A DNA stretch of 64,000 nucleotides from Chrysomallon squamiferum (taxonomy: Eukaryota > Animalia > Mollusca). Positions 11,649 through 26,495 of this stretch are shown here, piece after piece. Location: the NCBI GenBank assembly GCA_012295275.1, contig CM022677.1:1054001-1118000 (forward strand). The letters run 5' to 3'. Below the pieces are notes generated by a model. It worked only from the letters and a program-made list of their open reading frames with translations. It did not search any database and was not told where the DNA came from. A program made the translations under genes and the position numbers. Position 1 is the first letter of the stretch. Each line of letters starts with the position of its first letter.

Positions 11649-13192
11649 TTCTTGCTCTGTATGTATTTCAATAATGAGCACTGTAAATAGAATTTAAAAG
11701 AAAACGTTAATAAACTTCAGACACAAAACGGAAGATGTGTAATTGCAAGAAGACCTATTTATCTCCGATACTGATGGCAATCCGGAGACTCACAAATATT
11801 TCCACAAGTTGCTAATGACTGGCAACACAGCGCATCTGACTCGAGTGTTTGTCAACAGATAACAGCCGCAGACTGATGTTTGCAAAATATCACTGGGAAA
11901 CTTTTAAACAAACATTCTGCTAGTTTTACCCATATTTTGTTGTTTTTTTAAAAACATTCTCCTTCTCTTTCATGTTATTATAAACAAATTTGTTATTATT
12001 TGTTTAAAAAGATTATGTGTTTGTATGCTTGAATATGTGTGTATCTGTTGTTTGTGTTTGTGTGTGTGTGTGTATGTATGTGTGTGTGTGTGTGTGTGTG
12101 CACAGAAAATAGCAACACTAGATAACATACTTAATTTGAAGTGAATTCTAAATAATTTAATTAGTAGTGAAACAATAACAAACACAACAGCTAGAAATTT
12201 CTCAATAAAATAAAGCTATGCTGTCTTGATGTATATGTTAAAACACTCCTATTATTAAACACAAACAACAGAAAATAATATTAACAATAACAACAACAAC
12301 AATAATAATAATACTAATAAAATTATAAATTAAGTGAAGAAAATTAAATCTGTAAATATTTTATTTTATATTATTATTTATTTATTTATTAAATAAGAGT
12401 AATAAAAATTAAATTAATATTCATGATGTTGAAAGTTTGTTTATGTTGTTTTTTAAAAATTAGCAAAGATTCTGTATTTGCTGTTTTAGTTTTGTACCAG
12501 ACTATCAGTGCAATTAGTTTTAAGTAATATATGTAATTTTAATGATAAAATTTGACCAAGTTTCATATGAATGATTTATCAGAATTGTTTGCTGTCACTG
12601 GGAGGGTATTTATACAATACTAATTCCTAAGTCAATCTTAGGGAGAAGTTAGAGTCACTTTCACACCTCACTGTCGTTTATTTTTAAATTAATATTCACA
12701 CACACACATAAACATTCACACAGAAGCATTTAACAAAAAAGCCAAATAAACATGACCAGTTTTAAAAAACCGAGACATTTCACTGTGTAGTGAAACGAGG
12801 CAATCACTACTGAAAAATTAACGTTCAGTGGTTTGGGAATGTAAATTCCACCATTTTTCAGGCCAGTCTGATTAGAAATCATTGGTTAATGACAGAAGGA
12901 TGGATCAGTTTCCCACACAGTGTACTCAAACATCTGAATGAAATGGAAGCTGAGGAAGTAAGTCAGATAGAGAAATGATGCTACATTTCTTCCACTCTAC
13001 TTGTGATTTATCAAAAGTAATTATGCATGTTGGCATCATAAAGACTATTCATGTGCCACAAACAAGAGCTTCACTCTTCAGTTAGACAGAATATAACTCA
13101 TTGAAAGTCCAATTTAACTCAAAACAGATGTTGAATGGTATTTGAAGCGAGAGTGTATATTGAGAAAGTGGGAAACAGATATTAGAAGAAAT

Positions 13193-13195
<3 letters not shown>

Positions 13196-13229
<34 letters not shown>

Positions 13230-13230
13230 T

Positions 13231-13281
<51 letters not shown>

Positions 13282-13288
13282 CAGAGAT

Positions 13289-13337
<49 letters not shown>

Positions 13338-13380
13338 CAGAGATCCAGATAGAGAGAGGGGGGAGAGAGAGAGAGAGAGA
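13196..13380. repeat. (GA)n/(GAGACA)n microsatellite
   Basis: Direct inspection. Confidence 0.9.
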
Positions 13381-14019
13381 TGAACATAGAGAAATAAGAG
13401 AGATGATGAGAATGAATGAGAATAAGAGTGAGCAAGAATGAGAGACAAAGCGAGAAAAGGAGGTAAAGAGAAAGATAGAGAGAAAGAGAGAAAAAAGATA
13501 GAAACTAAAAGGGAAAGGAAAAGAGAAAGAAAAAACTGAGAAGGAGGGGAGATGTTCTCTGATATTGTAATTTGAAAGTTTGTTGTTGGAGATAGTTTGT
13601 GAGGACAGCTGGCCACGCGGTTATGATTGATCACCTCGGCAATGTCAGATCATCCAAATATATTTCCTTTTCATTTAGATTTCAGCACATGGTCTTCTCA
13701 TCACAGAGGATGAATGCAAAACTAGATCTTCTCTGTAGGCTGTTTATAAATATTTAATGTAAACAACACACCAAGACTTGCTTAATATTCCCTTCAAAGA
13801 ACATTCTTGATATACGTGTGTGCAGAGGCTGAGGTTTTTTTGCTGTTGTTGTTGTTCATCTATTAAACAGCTGTGAAAATCTCTCGTTTGATCGGGGGAC
13901 TCATTTAGAGGAATCCCTCAATCTCACTTTAATGGAGCATTTCAAGTTATTCTCACTTCACCAATCATAATTGTACTGTCTGCTTCATCTGCATATGTCT
14001 GCGTTCTTGTAGTGTTTGT

Positions 14020-14168
14020 CTATATGTCTGTGTGTTGGTGTGTATATGTGTGTATATGTGTTTGTAGTTTGTGCGTGTGTGTCTGTGTGTTGGTGTGTAT
14101 ATGTGTGTATATGTGTTTGTAATGTGTGTGTGTCTGTATGTTGGTGAGTATATGTGTGTATGTGTTTG

Positions 14169-14207
<39 letters not shown>
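14020..14207. repeat. TG-rich microsatellite
   Basis: Direct inspection. Confidence 0.85.
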
Positions 14208-14208
<1 letters not shown>

Positions 14209-14505
14209 CTTCATTTGTATATATTAATTATTTATATTATTTGGGTAATTTAATTAACAGAAGTCATTATAAAAATTATTAAAAAGAAAAATAAGTAATT
14301 AAAAAGTATTAAAAACAAAGTTATTCACTTTTCTAGATGAAGAATATGTTCTTAAAAAAAGAGAGATCATGACCTGAATCTGAAAAAATTACAAAGTTTA
14401 AATTACAAAGTAAAGAATACAACTAATCTGTAAATCTGTGACATGGAAGTACAAAGAAAGAATGAATAGAGAGAGGGACAAAAATCAAAGAAAATACAAA
14501 TGTTT

Positions 14506-14542
<37 letters not shown>

Positions 14543-17500
14543 AGAGAGAAAAAAAGAGAATGAAAGTGAACCAGGAATGTGAAAAATGAAAATGGTATCA
14601 CAATAAAAAGATTAAAAAAAAAATTCAACCCAAAAAGTTAAATTCAATTTTAAAAGTTAGGTGAGAGACTTTTTTATATGTTTATAAAATTAGTAAAACT
14701 GCTGCACAGATATCGAGAGAAAACTAAATCATCTGTTTGTTTCAGTAACTCAGCAAGCCAGTGTTCATTTCAGAACCGATAAACACACACATCATTATGA
14801 CAAGATGGATGCTAAGCTATTTATCTTATTTCTCGTTCTACTATCACAGCCATTTTCCAGTTTTTACCTCAACTAATAACAATCACAATTATCACTATTT
14901 CCTAGTCACAAATTTATTGTGATTTTTTTTTTTTTACATTGGTTATTTTTATGAGTTTTTGTTGAGTCTGCTGGATGAGGACTGATGTGAGGAGGAAAAC
15001 AAATGGAAGTACGGATGAACAGATCATTACTGAAAAGATGAAAATTTGATTAACAGCCATGTTTGTGAGGTTAGTGAGCTAATTAATCTGGTTTCACTAT
15101 AAACATATTTTTTTCTTTTCACCTTCCCCATTTCTGCATTTTACGAATTCCATTTGGCGGTATTTTATTTTACCTGTGTGTTTTTTCACCTCTTTATAAA
15201 CATAACTGGATTCCCCGCGAAAGCTGCTTCAGCAGCTGAATAACCACTCAGAATCATTTATCATAATTTCTGACTGCACAGGATATAGCTCGAGTAATTG
15301 AAACAAACAAAACACAATGGCTGATCATCTTGGAGGTATTTTTTTATCGAGGATCTGTTTAAACATTTCATCTCAGAGGACATCACTTTACCAGACAAGC
15401 CAGTCACTACATCGGTGTGGTCTGTGTTGACTTTTTGTGCATTCATTAAGTGTCTGTGCAGAGGATGCAAGAAGAGAAACCTGACTTACCACATCAAAAG
15501 TGAGCCCAATAAACCTGTAACACGTATTCACGTGAGATAAACTATTACCTGGCTGACAGAGGCCAAACGAAACTCCACACGTAAACAAACAACAAAATAC
15601 TGACAGGAATTACACTTACTTCAATGAAACAGTTTATTAAGAAAGAATGAGATTAATATGTGTTTAATAACACTGTAGATACAGAAAATCAAGATATGAA
15701 AAAAATAACACAATGAGGACACAGTGTAAAATGCAATATTTCCGAGTTGAAATTAACACAAACTTGAAATTCTCATTAGCATCAGTGTATTAAAAAGTAA
15801 TAATAATAAAAAAATACATCTCACATTTGTTCATTTAAAACACTTGAAAAAGAAGAAACTAAAGAAGGTATGTTTAAAAAAAAAATAAAAGGAACCTAAC
15901 TAGCCTGTCCATTTGATAGCAAACCCTGGTGGCAGTTTGACATGTTGAGATGGGCAGATAACTGCGAGCACATCAAACTGATTTCAAACTGAACTTTACT
16001 CTTCTTACGCCAATTTGACGTGACCGGGTTACAAACAAAATATAAATCATTAGTGTGGGATGTTAAATCAGGGAAAGTGAAATCTTTTCACACTTATTAA
16101 CTGACAGAATACAAAGCAGTTAATTTGCTGGATTTCGCTTGGAGCGTGAACTGGACGTCTGTACACCACAACAGCTACACCATCGCTGGCTGACAACAGG
16201 AACTACATCAGGCTCGAGTGAAAGTGAAACTTGAGAATTATTGCTTCTGCTTTCTGGTATACGGTGACTGACAAATTTTGTGATAATTGAAGTCAGCCTG
16301 CTAATTGAACAAGGAGAGATTCTGTTTTGAGACTTGTTTCACTGTCTGACAACTGGTTAGTGGCAAGATTCAAATCTACATGAGAGGTATTCTCAAACAA
16401 GCCAATCTGAAATCTCCTCCTCGCCGGTAGATATTTAACAAAAAAAACAGATACAAGCCGCTTCCAGTCAGAGAAGAATTAAATGGACAAGAAGAATTCG
16501 AGAAAGCAAGGAAAAAATGCCATCTAAATGCATATCATTTGAAACAAAACATATCAGATTTTATATCCAGCTTAACTGACTGTCAGCAATGCTGGAAGAA
16601 AATCAAAATATGTGAGCTGTTAGATGCTGCTCAGCAAGAAGTAAAATAAAGTAAAATAAAGTAAAATAAAATAAATATGATAATCTTATTTTTTCTCTTT
16701 TTATAAGCATTTTTCATTTAAAGATTATTTTTTTTTTTTATTATTTTTAATGAGACAAGAAATATATTTGTTATTTATTTTTTACATCAAATGTAATTAA
16801 AAATATATTTTTAAATTGCTGGTTTTATCTGAATGTTACCTTGTAAAACGTCTTAAAAAGAAATAAATTGCAAACTACAAACAAGAATTTAAAAATAAAT
16901 AATACTATCATTATTTCAGAAATAATCTGTTTTCTTTTTTTTTTTTTTCTTTTTTCTCTCATTGTTGTCATCTGCATCAGTAATTAACATCACAAGACTT
17001 TACTACCAAAACAGGCTTTTGTGTTTTATCAAGTTGATAATTTAATAATAAATTTTATTTATTTCAGACCACAGATTATGTAAATACATTAATTAATACT
17101 GTTCATTTCACATTTATTAATATTATTTTATTCATTATTTTGTTTGTTTACTAAAACCATTTAACAGTTGGAATGTTTTATTTGTACAAAAATAAAAATA
17201 AATAAAAGCACTAATCTAAATAAAAATAATGACAACTATAATAACAGCAGAAATTTATTAAAATAAATTAATATAAAAACAGCTAAAATAATAATGTCAT
17301 TAACAAAAACTATAAACACCAGTAATTTATATAAAAATAATAACAACTATATACACCAGTAATCTATATTACAAAAATAATTTAAGAAAACTATAAGCAT
17401 CAATATGTACAAAAATAACACCACCAATCTATATAAAAATAATAACAACAATAAACATGACTAATTTATATAAAAATAATAAAACAACAATAAAAACTAA

Positions 17501-18059
17501 TTTATATTAAAAAAAAAAAAATAAAAAACTATAAACACCAGTAATCTATATAAAAATAACAACAGCTAATTGAAGTAACACATCTAAGTGGAAGCTGCTT
17601 TCTGAGGCAATCTGTACATCTGTGTTCAGTTCAGAGTAGGATTACAAATAGAAGCTGGCAAAGAATGCAATTTAAGACATCTTTTAAAAGAAAAATTTCA
17701 AAACAAAACAAGAATGTGAGTGTTTCTTTAGCAGCGTGTGTTTGACACAATCGTGTGTGTAGTGAGCGTTTGACTGGAGCCAGTCTACTGCTACAGCAGA
17801 CAACAATCAGTCGACATTGTTAACCCCGTTGTTGTCAACAAAACAAAAACAGTTTAAAAAGATGTTCACGAGGAAGCTGTCTGACAGAAATCTCATCACG
17901 TACAGATTTTTATACAGACATCCAGACACGTGAGTTGAAGTAATGTGATTGTACTGTGTTAAACTCTCGAAAACACATCAGGAAAACACATCAAGAAAAC
18001 ACATCACAATGTACATCCTTAGAGAATTAAACAAACTCTTCTAAACAACTGACTGTTCA

Positions 18060-18102
18060 AATAATAATAAAAAAATAATAATAATAAAATAATAATAACA
18101 AG

Positions 18103-18144
<42 letters not shown>

Positions 18145-18720
18145 TTATAATAATAATAAGATAATAATAATAATAATAAAAGCAGTATGTCCAATGAAAA
18201 AATAAATAATGGACAGTACAATGAATAAAACAGAAATATGTACAATTTATGTACAATTAACTGTACAATGAAAAAGAATAGGCTACACAATAAAGGAGAA
18301 AAAAAAATAATTGTCCACTGAAGAAAAACCATAACAGACTAATAAATGAAGAAAAAAAGACTGTACAATGAAGAAAAACCATAACAGACTAATAAATGAA
18401 GAAAAACATGACTAAACAAAAGATTGTACAATAAAAACAAATTAAACAATAGTCTGTACAGTGAAGAAACAATAAACAACAGACTGAACAATAAACTGTA
18501 CAATGAAGAAACATTAAACAACAGACTGTACAGTGAAGAAAAAGCAAAACTGTACCATGAAGAAACATTAAACAATAGACTGTACAGTGAAGAAACAATA
18601 AACAACAGACTGTACAATAAACTGTACAATGAAGGAACATTAAACAATAAACTGTACAATGAAGAAAAAGCAAAACTGTACCATGAAGAAAAAAAGAAAA
18701 GAAAAAAGTATAATGAAGCA
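18060..18720. repeat. (AAT)n run followed by a degenerate actgtacaatgaagaaa-type tandem repeat
   Basis: Direct inspection; explains the LYSLL/EETLNN pseudo-ORFs. Confidence 0.8.
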
Positions 18721-19499
18721 AAAAAGGAAGAGATAACTACTGATTTATAGCACATTCCAACTGGCTACATGATCCAGCTAAACTTTCTTCTTTTATATCA
18801 TTTTTCTGTCTGGATTCACTTTTCCTTGTAAACCAATAAAGATAGGATTACACAAATCAGATTTTTTTTTCTTCTTTTACAGTTGTAAATGTTTTATTTT
18901 TGACATTTGTCATCAGTGTAGAGAATTGTGTTAATTCATGTTTTGTAATAATAACAATTCTCCTTATTTCAGGAGCTTTATTTATTTTTTTTATACTTTT
19001 ATTTATGTGTGTGTATGTTCTGTGAGAGTATAAAATGTATAAAACAGTTATTTAAGTCTACAATCTCCAACGACCTCACACAAAGTAATAAGAAGAAAAT
19101 GGCCTAAAAACAGTGTATTTATTTAAGAATCTGTTCCTGTATTTGTTGTAATAATAAATATAACAAAAGTACTGTTCCTGTTTGAACTAGTGGATCATAT
19201 CATATCATGAACAGAAAAAAAATAATGTTTTGTTGAGACGTGGTTATTTTAAGTAATTCTCTCTTGATTAACTATTAATTCTAAGAATGTACACTGACAC
19301 AGAACAGAAAGCTTTATACTTTATACTTTATACTTTGACAAATTACTCACAGAGCAGCAGGAAATGTATTTTTTAAATAATTCAGTAAAAAGTTATTTTT
19401 TTTTTTTTTTTTTTAAATTTAAATAAATGATTTGTAAATTTGAATAAATTTAAAATATGAGAGGAAGTATGTTTATTTTATTATCATCATCATTATTAC

Positions 19500-19554
<55 letters not shown>

Positions 19555-19997
19555 TATTAAAAAACATAAAATAACTATAAACAAAAATTAAAGTTATAAA
19601 CATGAGTTTGTATTAGAAAAAATACTTTTCATGAAATCAGTTATTTTTTTATCTCTGTTTCCTTCTCACTTTTACAAATTTACAGAAAAAAAATTAACTG
19701 ACAAGAAAAATATTTATCTTTGATTAATAAAAGATTATGTAGCAGGTTTATTTTCTTTGACTTTTTTTTTTTTTTTTTTTTTTTGGATGCTGTTAAACTA
19801 ATCATTTTTTAACTATTGGATGAAAAGTTGTTTTTTTTTGAATATCTGCTAGTTTATAAATTATAGAAACATTTCAATGTGTGATGAATGAAAAAACAGA
19901 ATCTAAAAGTTTTCATTTATCTTCAAATAAAACAGTAAAAATGAAACATTCATATTTTTATCTTAACATATACTGTCATTTCACATTACAATGTTTA

Positions 19998-21805
19998 TAG
20001 TGTTATTTGTACACACATCTTTACTGCTGTGTTCAGTGTTATTTGTACACACATCTCTACTGCTGTGTTCACACACTGTAGTGTTATTTGTACACATCTC
20101 TACTGCTGTGTTCAGTGTTATTTGTACACACATCTCTACTGCTGTGTTCACACACTGTAGTGTTATTTGTACACATATCTCTACTGCTGTGTTCACACTG
20201 TAGTGTTATTTGTACACACATCTCTACTGCTGTGTTCACACACTGTAGTGTTATTTGTACACACATCTCTACTGCTGTGTTCACACACTGTTGTGTTATT
20301 TGTACACACATCTCTACTGCTGTGTTCACACACTGTAGTGTTATTTGTACACACATCTCTACTGCTGTGTTCACACACTGTAGTGTTATTTGTACACACA
20401 TCTCTACTGCTGTGTTCACACACTGTAGTGTTATTTGTACACATCTCTACTGCTGTGTTCAGTGTTATTTGTACACATCTCTACTGCTGTGTTCAGTGTT
20501 ATTTGTACACACATCTCTACTGCTGTGTTCACACACTGTAGTGTTATTTGTACACACATCTCTACTGCTGTGTTCACACACTGTAGTGTTATTTGTACAC
20601 ATATCTCTACTGCTGTGTTCACACACTGTAGTGTTATTTGTACACATATCTCTACTGCTGTGTTCACACACTGTAGTGTTATTTGTACACACATCTCTAC
20701 TGCTGTGTTCACAGTGTTATTTGTACACACATCTCTACTGCTGTGTTCACACAGTGTAGTGTTATTTGTACACACATCTCTACTGCTGTGTTCACACACT
20801 GTAGTGTTATTTGTACACATCTCTACTGCTGTGTTCAGTGTTATTTGTACACATCTCTACTGCTGTGTTCAGTGTTATTTGTACACACATCTCTACTGCT
20901 GTGTTCACACACTGTAGTGTTATTTGTACACACATCTCTACTGCTGTGTTCACACACTGTAGTGTTATTTGTACACACATCTCTACTGCTGTGTTCACAC
21001 ACTGTAGTGTTATTTGTACACACATCTCTACTGCTGTGTTCACACACTGTAGTGTTATTTGTACACACATCTCTACTGCTGTTCACACTGTAGTGTTATT
21101 TGTACACACATCTCTACTGCTGTGTTCACACACTAGTGTTATTTGTACACACATCTCTACTGCTGTGTTCACACACTGTAGTGTTATTTGTACACACATC
21201 TCTACTGCTGTGTTCACACACTAGTGTTATTTGTACACACATCTCTACTGCTGTGTTCACACACTGTAGTGTTATTTGTACACACATCTCTACTGCTGTG
21301 TTCACACACTGTTATTTGTACACACATCTCTACTGCTGTGTTCACACACTAGTGTTATTTGTACACACATCTCTACTGCTGTGTTCACACACTGTAGTGT
21401 TATTTGTACACACATCTCTACTGCTGTGTTCACACACTGTAGTGTTATTTGTACACACATCTCTACTGCTGTTCACACACTGTAGTGTTATTTGTACACA
21501 CATCTCTACTGCTGTGTTCACACACTAGTGTTATTTGTACACACATCTCTACTGCTGTTCACACACTGTTATTTGTACACACATCTCTACTGCTGTTTTC
21601 ACACACTGTGTTATTTGTACACACATCTCTACTGCTGTTTTCAGTGTTATTTGTACACATATCTCTACTGCTATGTTCAGTGTTATTTGTACACATATCT
21701 CTACTGCTGTGTTCACACACTGTAGTGTTATTTGTACACATATCTCTACTGTTGTGTTCACACAGTGTGTTATTTGTACACATATCTATACTGTTGTGTT
21801 CACAC
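19998..21805. repeat. 45-bp minisatellite array, ~1.8 kb, in UTP15 intron 6
   Basis: Unit gtgttatttgtacacacatctctactgctgtgttcacacactgta with shorter deletion variants; roughly 40 copies. Confidence 0.96.
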
Positions 21806-22601
21806 AAGTTAATGTTAAATAAAAAACAACTACTTCTAGTAAACAACATCTCAGTTTTTTAAACAGACACCATGATCACCTGGCAGGCTGTATTCAGGTG
21901 TCAAATAATCAATATCTTTTGTAACCTGTAGACAAAAATGAAAGGACAACAAGACAACACATACCAAAGAGTATCAGTATTTCCTACAGCTAAAGGTAAC
22001 TTAGCACAATACGGCTTATATTTTATTTGAGGTGGAATGAAGAATGTAATGAGCAGGTCTTCCATTTTTATTTTAGATTTTTTAAACCTATCATTTTTAT
22101 GTCAGACATTTCTAGATCTACCATTTTTATTTTTGATGTTTTTAGACTATCATTTTTATTCTAAAATTTACAGTCTGTATACTTCATCCAATAACAATAA
22201 CAGCATAGATAGAGCTGAGGTAAAAATAAACAAATAACCAGTGAAAAAAAACTCAACATTAGTGCTGGATCATAAACTGCTAATTTATATTCCAATTCAC
22301 TGACAAAAATCATGGCAGTTTCTTTTCACCAAGAATTAATATGGCGACATGGGTTATTTGCTTTGATAGGAACTCTTCAGTTTTAGAGAGTGATAAATAT
22401 TCCCCAGCATACTTCCTGTGTCCTATTAACATCTTGACTGAGAAATATACAAGAAGGTAATTACCATGAAGAAAAAAAAAAAAAGAGATTTCCAAGTATC
22501 TTTTAATGTGATATAATAAGAAAAAGTTTTTAATCAAAAAATTCTTTTTTTTTGTATATTTTATTATTCATTTATTTATTTGTACTTATTTATTATTAAT
22601 A

Positions 22602-22660
<59 letters not shown>

Positions 22661-22986
22661 AAAAAGAAGAAAAAAAGAAAAAAAGAGAAAAAAGTAATTT
22701 CTTACTGTCATGAAATTCTTTTCCATATGTTTATATAATTATTCAATTTTATCACTACATATCATCTTGAACAGAAAAATCCATAGGATGGGTTTGCTAT
22801 TAGTGAAATATAATTTATTATTTTTTCTGATGAAGCTGAGATATTTTTGGTTTATTTATTCTGCCTCTGTAGGAAAAAATCATTTTAATCTTAACATTTA
22901 TATATATATATATATATATATCTTCTTGGTTGGGTTTTTTTTTTTTTTTTTTTCTTCTTGTATATTAGTCTTCTGTGGTTTTTTAC

Positions 22987-23041
<55 letters not shown>

Positions 23042-23309
23042 TCTTTTATTTTTGCTATTATTATTATTTTTTAATTAGTGTTTTATTATATTTTCTTCCC
23101 CTTCTGCTATTAACTGTAATTATAATCCAGACTGAAGAGAATATGTTCTGACTTCAAGTTAAATGCTTTATGATTATAATCCAGAGTAAAACAAACAAGT
23201 GAAGTAAATCTACAGTAAAGACATCTGTAACTGTAAACTTCTGTTAACTATAAAAAAAAATGGTTCTTAAGGAGGAAAGAAGAGAGAAAGAAGATTTGTA
23301 TGCTTATAA

Positions 23310-23435
23310 CTGTAGTCTGCAAACAGTCAACCTGTAGTCTACAGTCAACCTGTAGACTACAAACAGTCAACCTGTAGTCTACACAGTCAACCTGTAGTCT
23401 ACACAGTCAACCTGTAGTCTACAACGTCAACCTGT
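23310..23435. repeat. ~20-22 bp tandem repeat, ~5 copies
   Basis: acagtcaacctgtagtctac. Confidence 0.85.
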
Positions 23436-25309
23436 AAGATAACACAGAGAAATAATCACTGCCTACAAATTTTATAACAAGTCTTATGTAACTACATACA
23501 AAACACAGTAACATAATTAATATGTTCTGTATTTGTGAAATAAAACCCGTGACAAACTAGTAAACAAATAACAGTTGTTCTGAACTATACTGCTAGTCAG
23601 AACTGACATTTCTGAATAAAGCATCACTTAATTTTTATTTCCATAAAGTCATACCAAATTAAAATTCTGAAAACAAACAAATAAATAAATAAATAAATAA
23701 TAACAAGAAAAAGAAGCAAAAGAAAAGTGCTAGAAGTGTGTAATTTTTAAAACATGAACACTATCAACAGTTGTTTTAAAATTTGTTATTAGTAACTCAT
23801 TAACTGCTAGAGAACTGAAAGAGAGCGAGTTGGAATGGTATAAAATAAAGATCTATAAACTACTGTGAACTTCTGATGTTTTGTCTAACTGCTGGCAAAC
23901 TGAAATTATTAAGAAAAATTATCTATATGAGACACTGCATCTTTAAAATTATTTTTTTGGGGGATTTCTTTCTGTTTCTTATTTATAAACTGTTAATGAG
24001 TATTTCTATTTAGAATTGTATTTAATTAAATGTGATGATTTTTTATAAACTTCTGACAGATACATGTTTTATTCAAGAATTTTATTATCTTATTACCGCT
24101 TTCTCTCACAAGAAAACAGAAAGAAGAAAAAAAAGAATAGACAGAAGAATGAGAAACACTGCAGACAAAAACATTTAACGAGTACATGCACCAGGGCACT
24201 ACAAATCAGGTATACCTTTTTTCTTTTTCTATTAAAAAAAACTTTTATTATTTTTTTCACGGAGCTGGTGATTCAGCGTGCAGTGTGTGAGTGATGTGGC
24301 TTGCATTTTAGTCACCAGTGCTGCCATCACATGTTTCATTAAGATTTATTGCCCCTGATACCCGCCAGTAAATGCTTTCACAGAGGTCCATGGCCCGTCT
24401 TTGTTGAAACAAGCCAGCGAGATGATATAAATTTTCCTTTTATAAACTTCTTGAAGAAACAGTGATGTGCGCTAGTGGAGAAATCTAACCCACTGATTTC
24501 TGATGATAATCTCTTTTATAAACTTCACGTCTGCTTCGGTGTTTGTTCAGCAACCCTTTTATCTCCCCCCTGTGCCTCCTTACACCCCCCTCATACATAA
24601 CTCCCAGATGTAGATTTTTTCTCTCTTTCAATATACTTCTTATTGGTGTTAATTTGAGTTCTGTCAATGAGCCAGATCAGCAGAGGCTGCTAAAGTCATC
24701 TCACAACGGAAGCATGGCTTCAGATAAAAGTGGATGTCAAGTTTCTGGGATATCTTCAACTTGATTTCATTGTTGCTTCTTTGAATACAACTGTGTTATT
24801 GCCCATGGCCAGTATACTTTAACAACATCATGTAGGTTCTGGGAGTTTTATTTCCTTTCTTTCTTTTTTTTTTTTCTAAATTTAATGTTTTCTTACATGC
24901 ATCATGTAGAGCTGACCTTGAAAGATGAGAAACGCATACAAGATGATGAATTGTTTTAAAACACTACACGTAAATCTCCATGATGCTGTAATACACCGCA
25001 CCAAATACAAAACACATTTCTGTTAGAGGCTTAAATAGCACTTTTATTACACAGTCACATCAGCAATAATAATAAAAACATATTTATACTTCTATTTGTT
25101 TGGGGTTTTTTTTCTTTGTAGTATTACTTTTATTTTTTTTTTTTAACTTTTAATTTTTTTTTTTTTTAATTTTTTTTTATTTTGTTATTATTATAAAATA
25201 TTATTTTATGAAATTTTAATATTGAATGTATTTTTGAATACTGTAAAGAGACATCAACCCTACCATCTCTGGTACATCACAATAAATTTAAAAAACAAGA
25301 TTACAAAAA

Positions 25310-25352
<43 letters not shown>

Positions 25353-26171
25353 GAAAAAAAAGGTTGAAAAAACAGAATTAAAAATTTAGTAAAATTTAAT
25401 TTGTTTTCAATAAAAAAAAAAAAAAATTAAAATTAAAATGATTTATTTAAAATTCACCTCATTTTTAACTGTGATATACACAGCCACTGATATGAACTGT
25501 GTTTTGTAAACTGTGTAGTCACTGGTCAGGTAAAACAAATGGAGGTTAGGAGTTTGGTATCCTGGGGGAGACATCAGTAGCCAAACAATTCTCAGTGGTA
25601 AGTTGTACACGTGTCTGATTTTTTTACAACATCAACAAATAAATACCAAATTAGAAATATGACTATGCAACATGTTATGATGTAAAAACTAATATTATTT
25701 GTTTATTTTGTGTGTGTTGTGTGTGTGTGTGTGTGTCTGTGTGTTGTGTGTGTGTTAATTTTACTTTATTTAGAACAACAACAACAGTAACACTAATAAT
25801 AGCAGTAGTAGTAGTAGTAGTAGTAGTAGAAGCAGCTGTAGTAGTGATAATAATAATAATACTGGTAACATTAATAAAAGTAGCAGCAATAACAATAAAA
25901 ACAGTAATAACAATAACAACAATAAACATAATTTAAAGGATTATTATCTGAATGTCAAGGAACTCCAATTTAATATCTACTAGGACAGGTAACCATTAGG
26001 GGAGTAACAGTTGTTCCATAATTCCATAAATTTGATAAATCAATGAAATGTGTTTGTGTTTGTGTAATATGTACATGTTTGAATGTGTGTATTTTTATGT
26101 GTGTGTGTGATATGTACATGTTTGAATGTGTGTATTTTTATGTGTGTATGTTTGTGTAATGAGATGAAAAA

Positions 26172-26495
26172 TAGTACTAGACAACCAATTTGATATTAAA
26201 CTTTTCTACTAGTACTAGACAACCAGTTTACATCAAGTTAGTGATGAAACCATATCATGATGTAAAAATTTATTTTTTAAATCTGTACTAGACAACCAGT
26301 TTGATATTAAACTTTTCTACTAGTATTAGACAACCAGTTTGATATTAAACTTTTCTACTAGTACTAGACAACCAATTTGATATAAAACTTTTCTACTAGT
26401 ACTAGACAACCAGTTTGATGATATGAAACTATTCTACTAGTACTAGACAACCAGTTTGATTATGTGAAACTTTTCTACTAGACAACCAGTTTGAT
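26172..26495. repeat. ~38-bp tandem repeat, ~7 copies
   Basis: tagtactagacaaccagtttgatattaaacttttctac. Confidence 0.85.

Noticed and set aside
10348-14253. Long LSLS/HTHT/CVCV/RERE ORFs
   Set aside because: Dinucleotide microsatellite translations; only 10987-11122 is real coding sequence.
14842-14856. TATCACAGCCATTTT matches the first 15 nt of miR-13 (miR-2 family)
   Set aside because: No complementary arm nearby to form a pre-miRNA hairpin, and the 3' end diverges.
19981-21862. Many overlapping 70-220 aa ORFs (CTNNTTVCEHSSRDV etc.) and CRISPR-like periodicity
   Set aside because: They are translations of a 45-bp head-to-tail minisatellite. There are no unique spacers and no cas genes, and the context is a eukaryotic intron.
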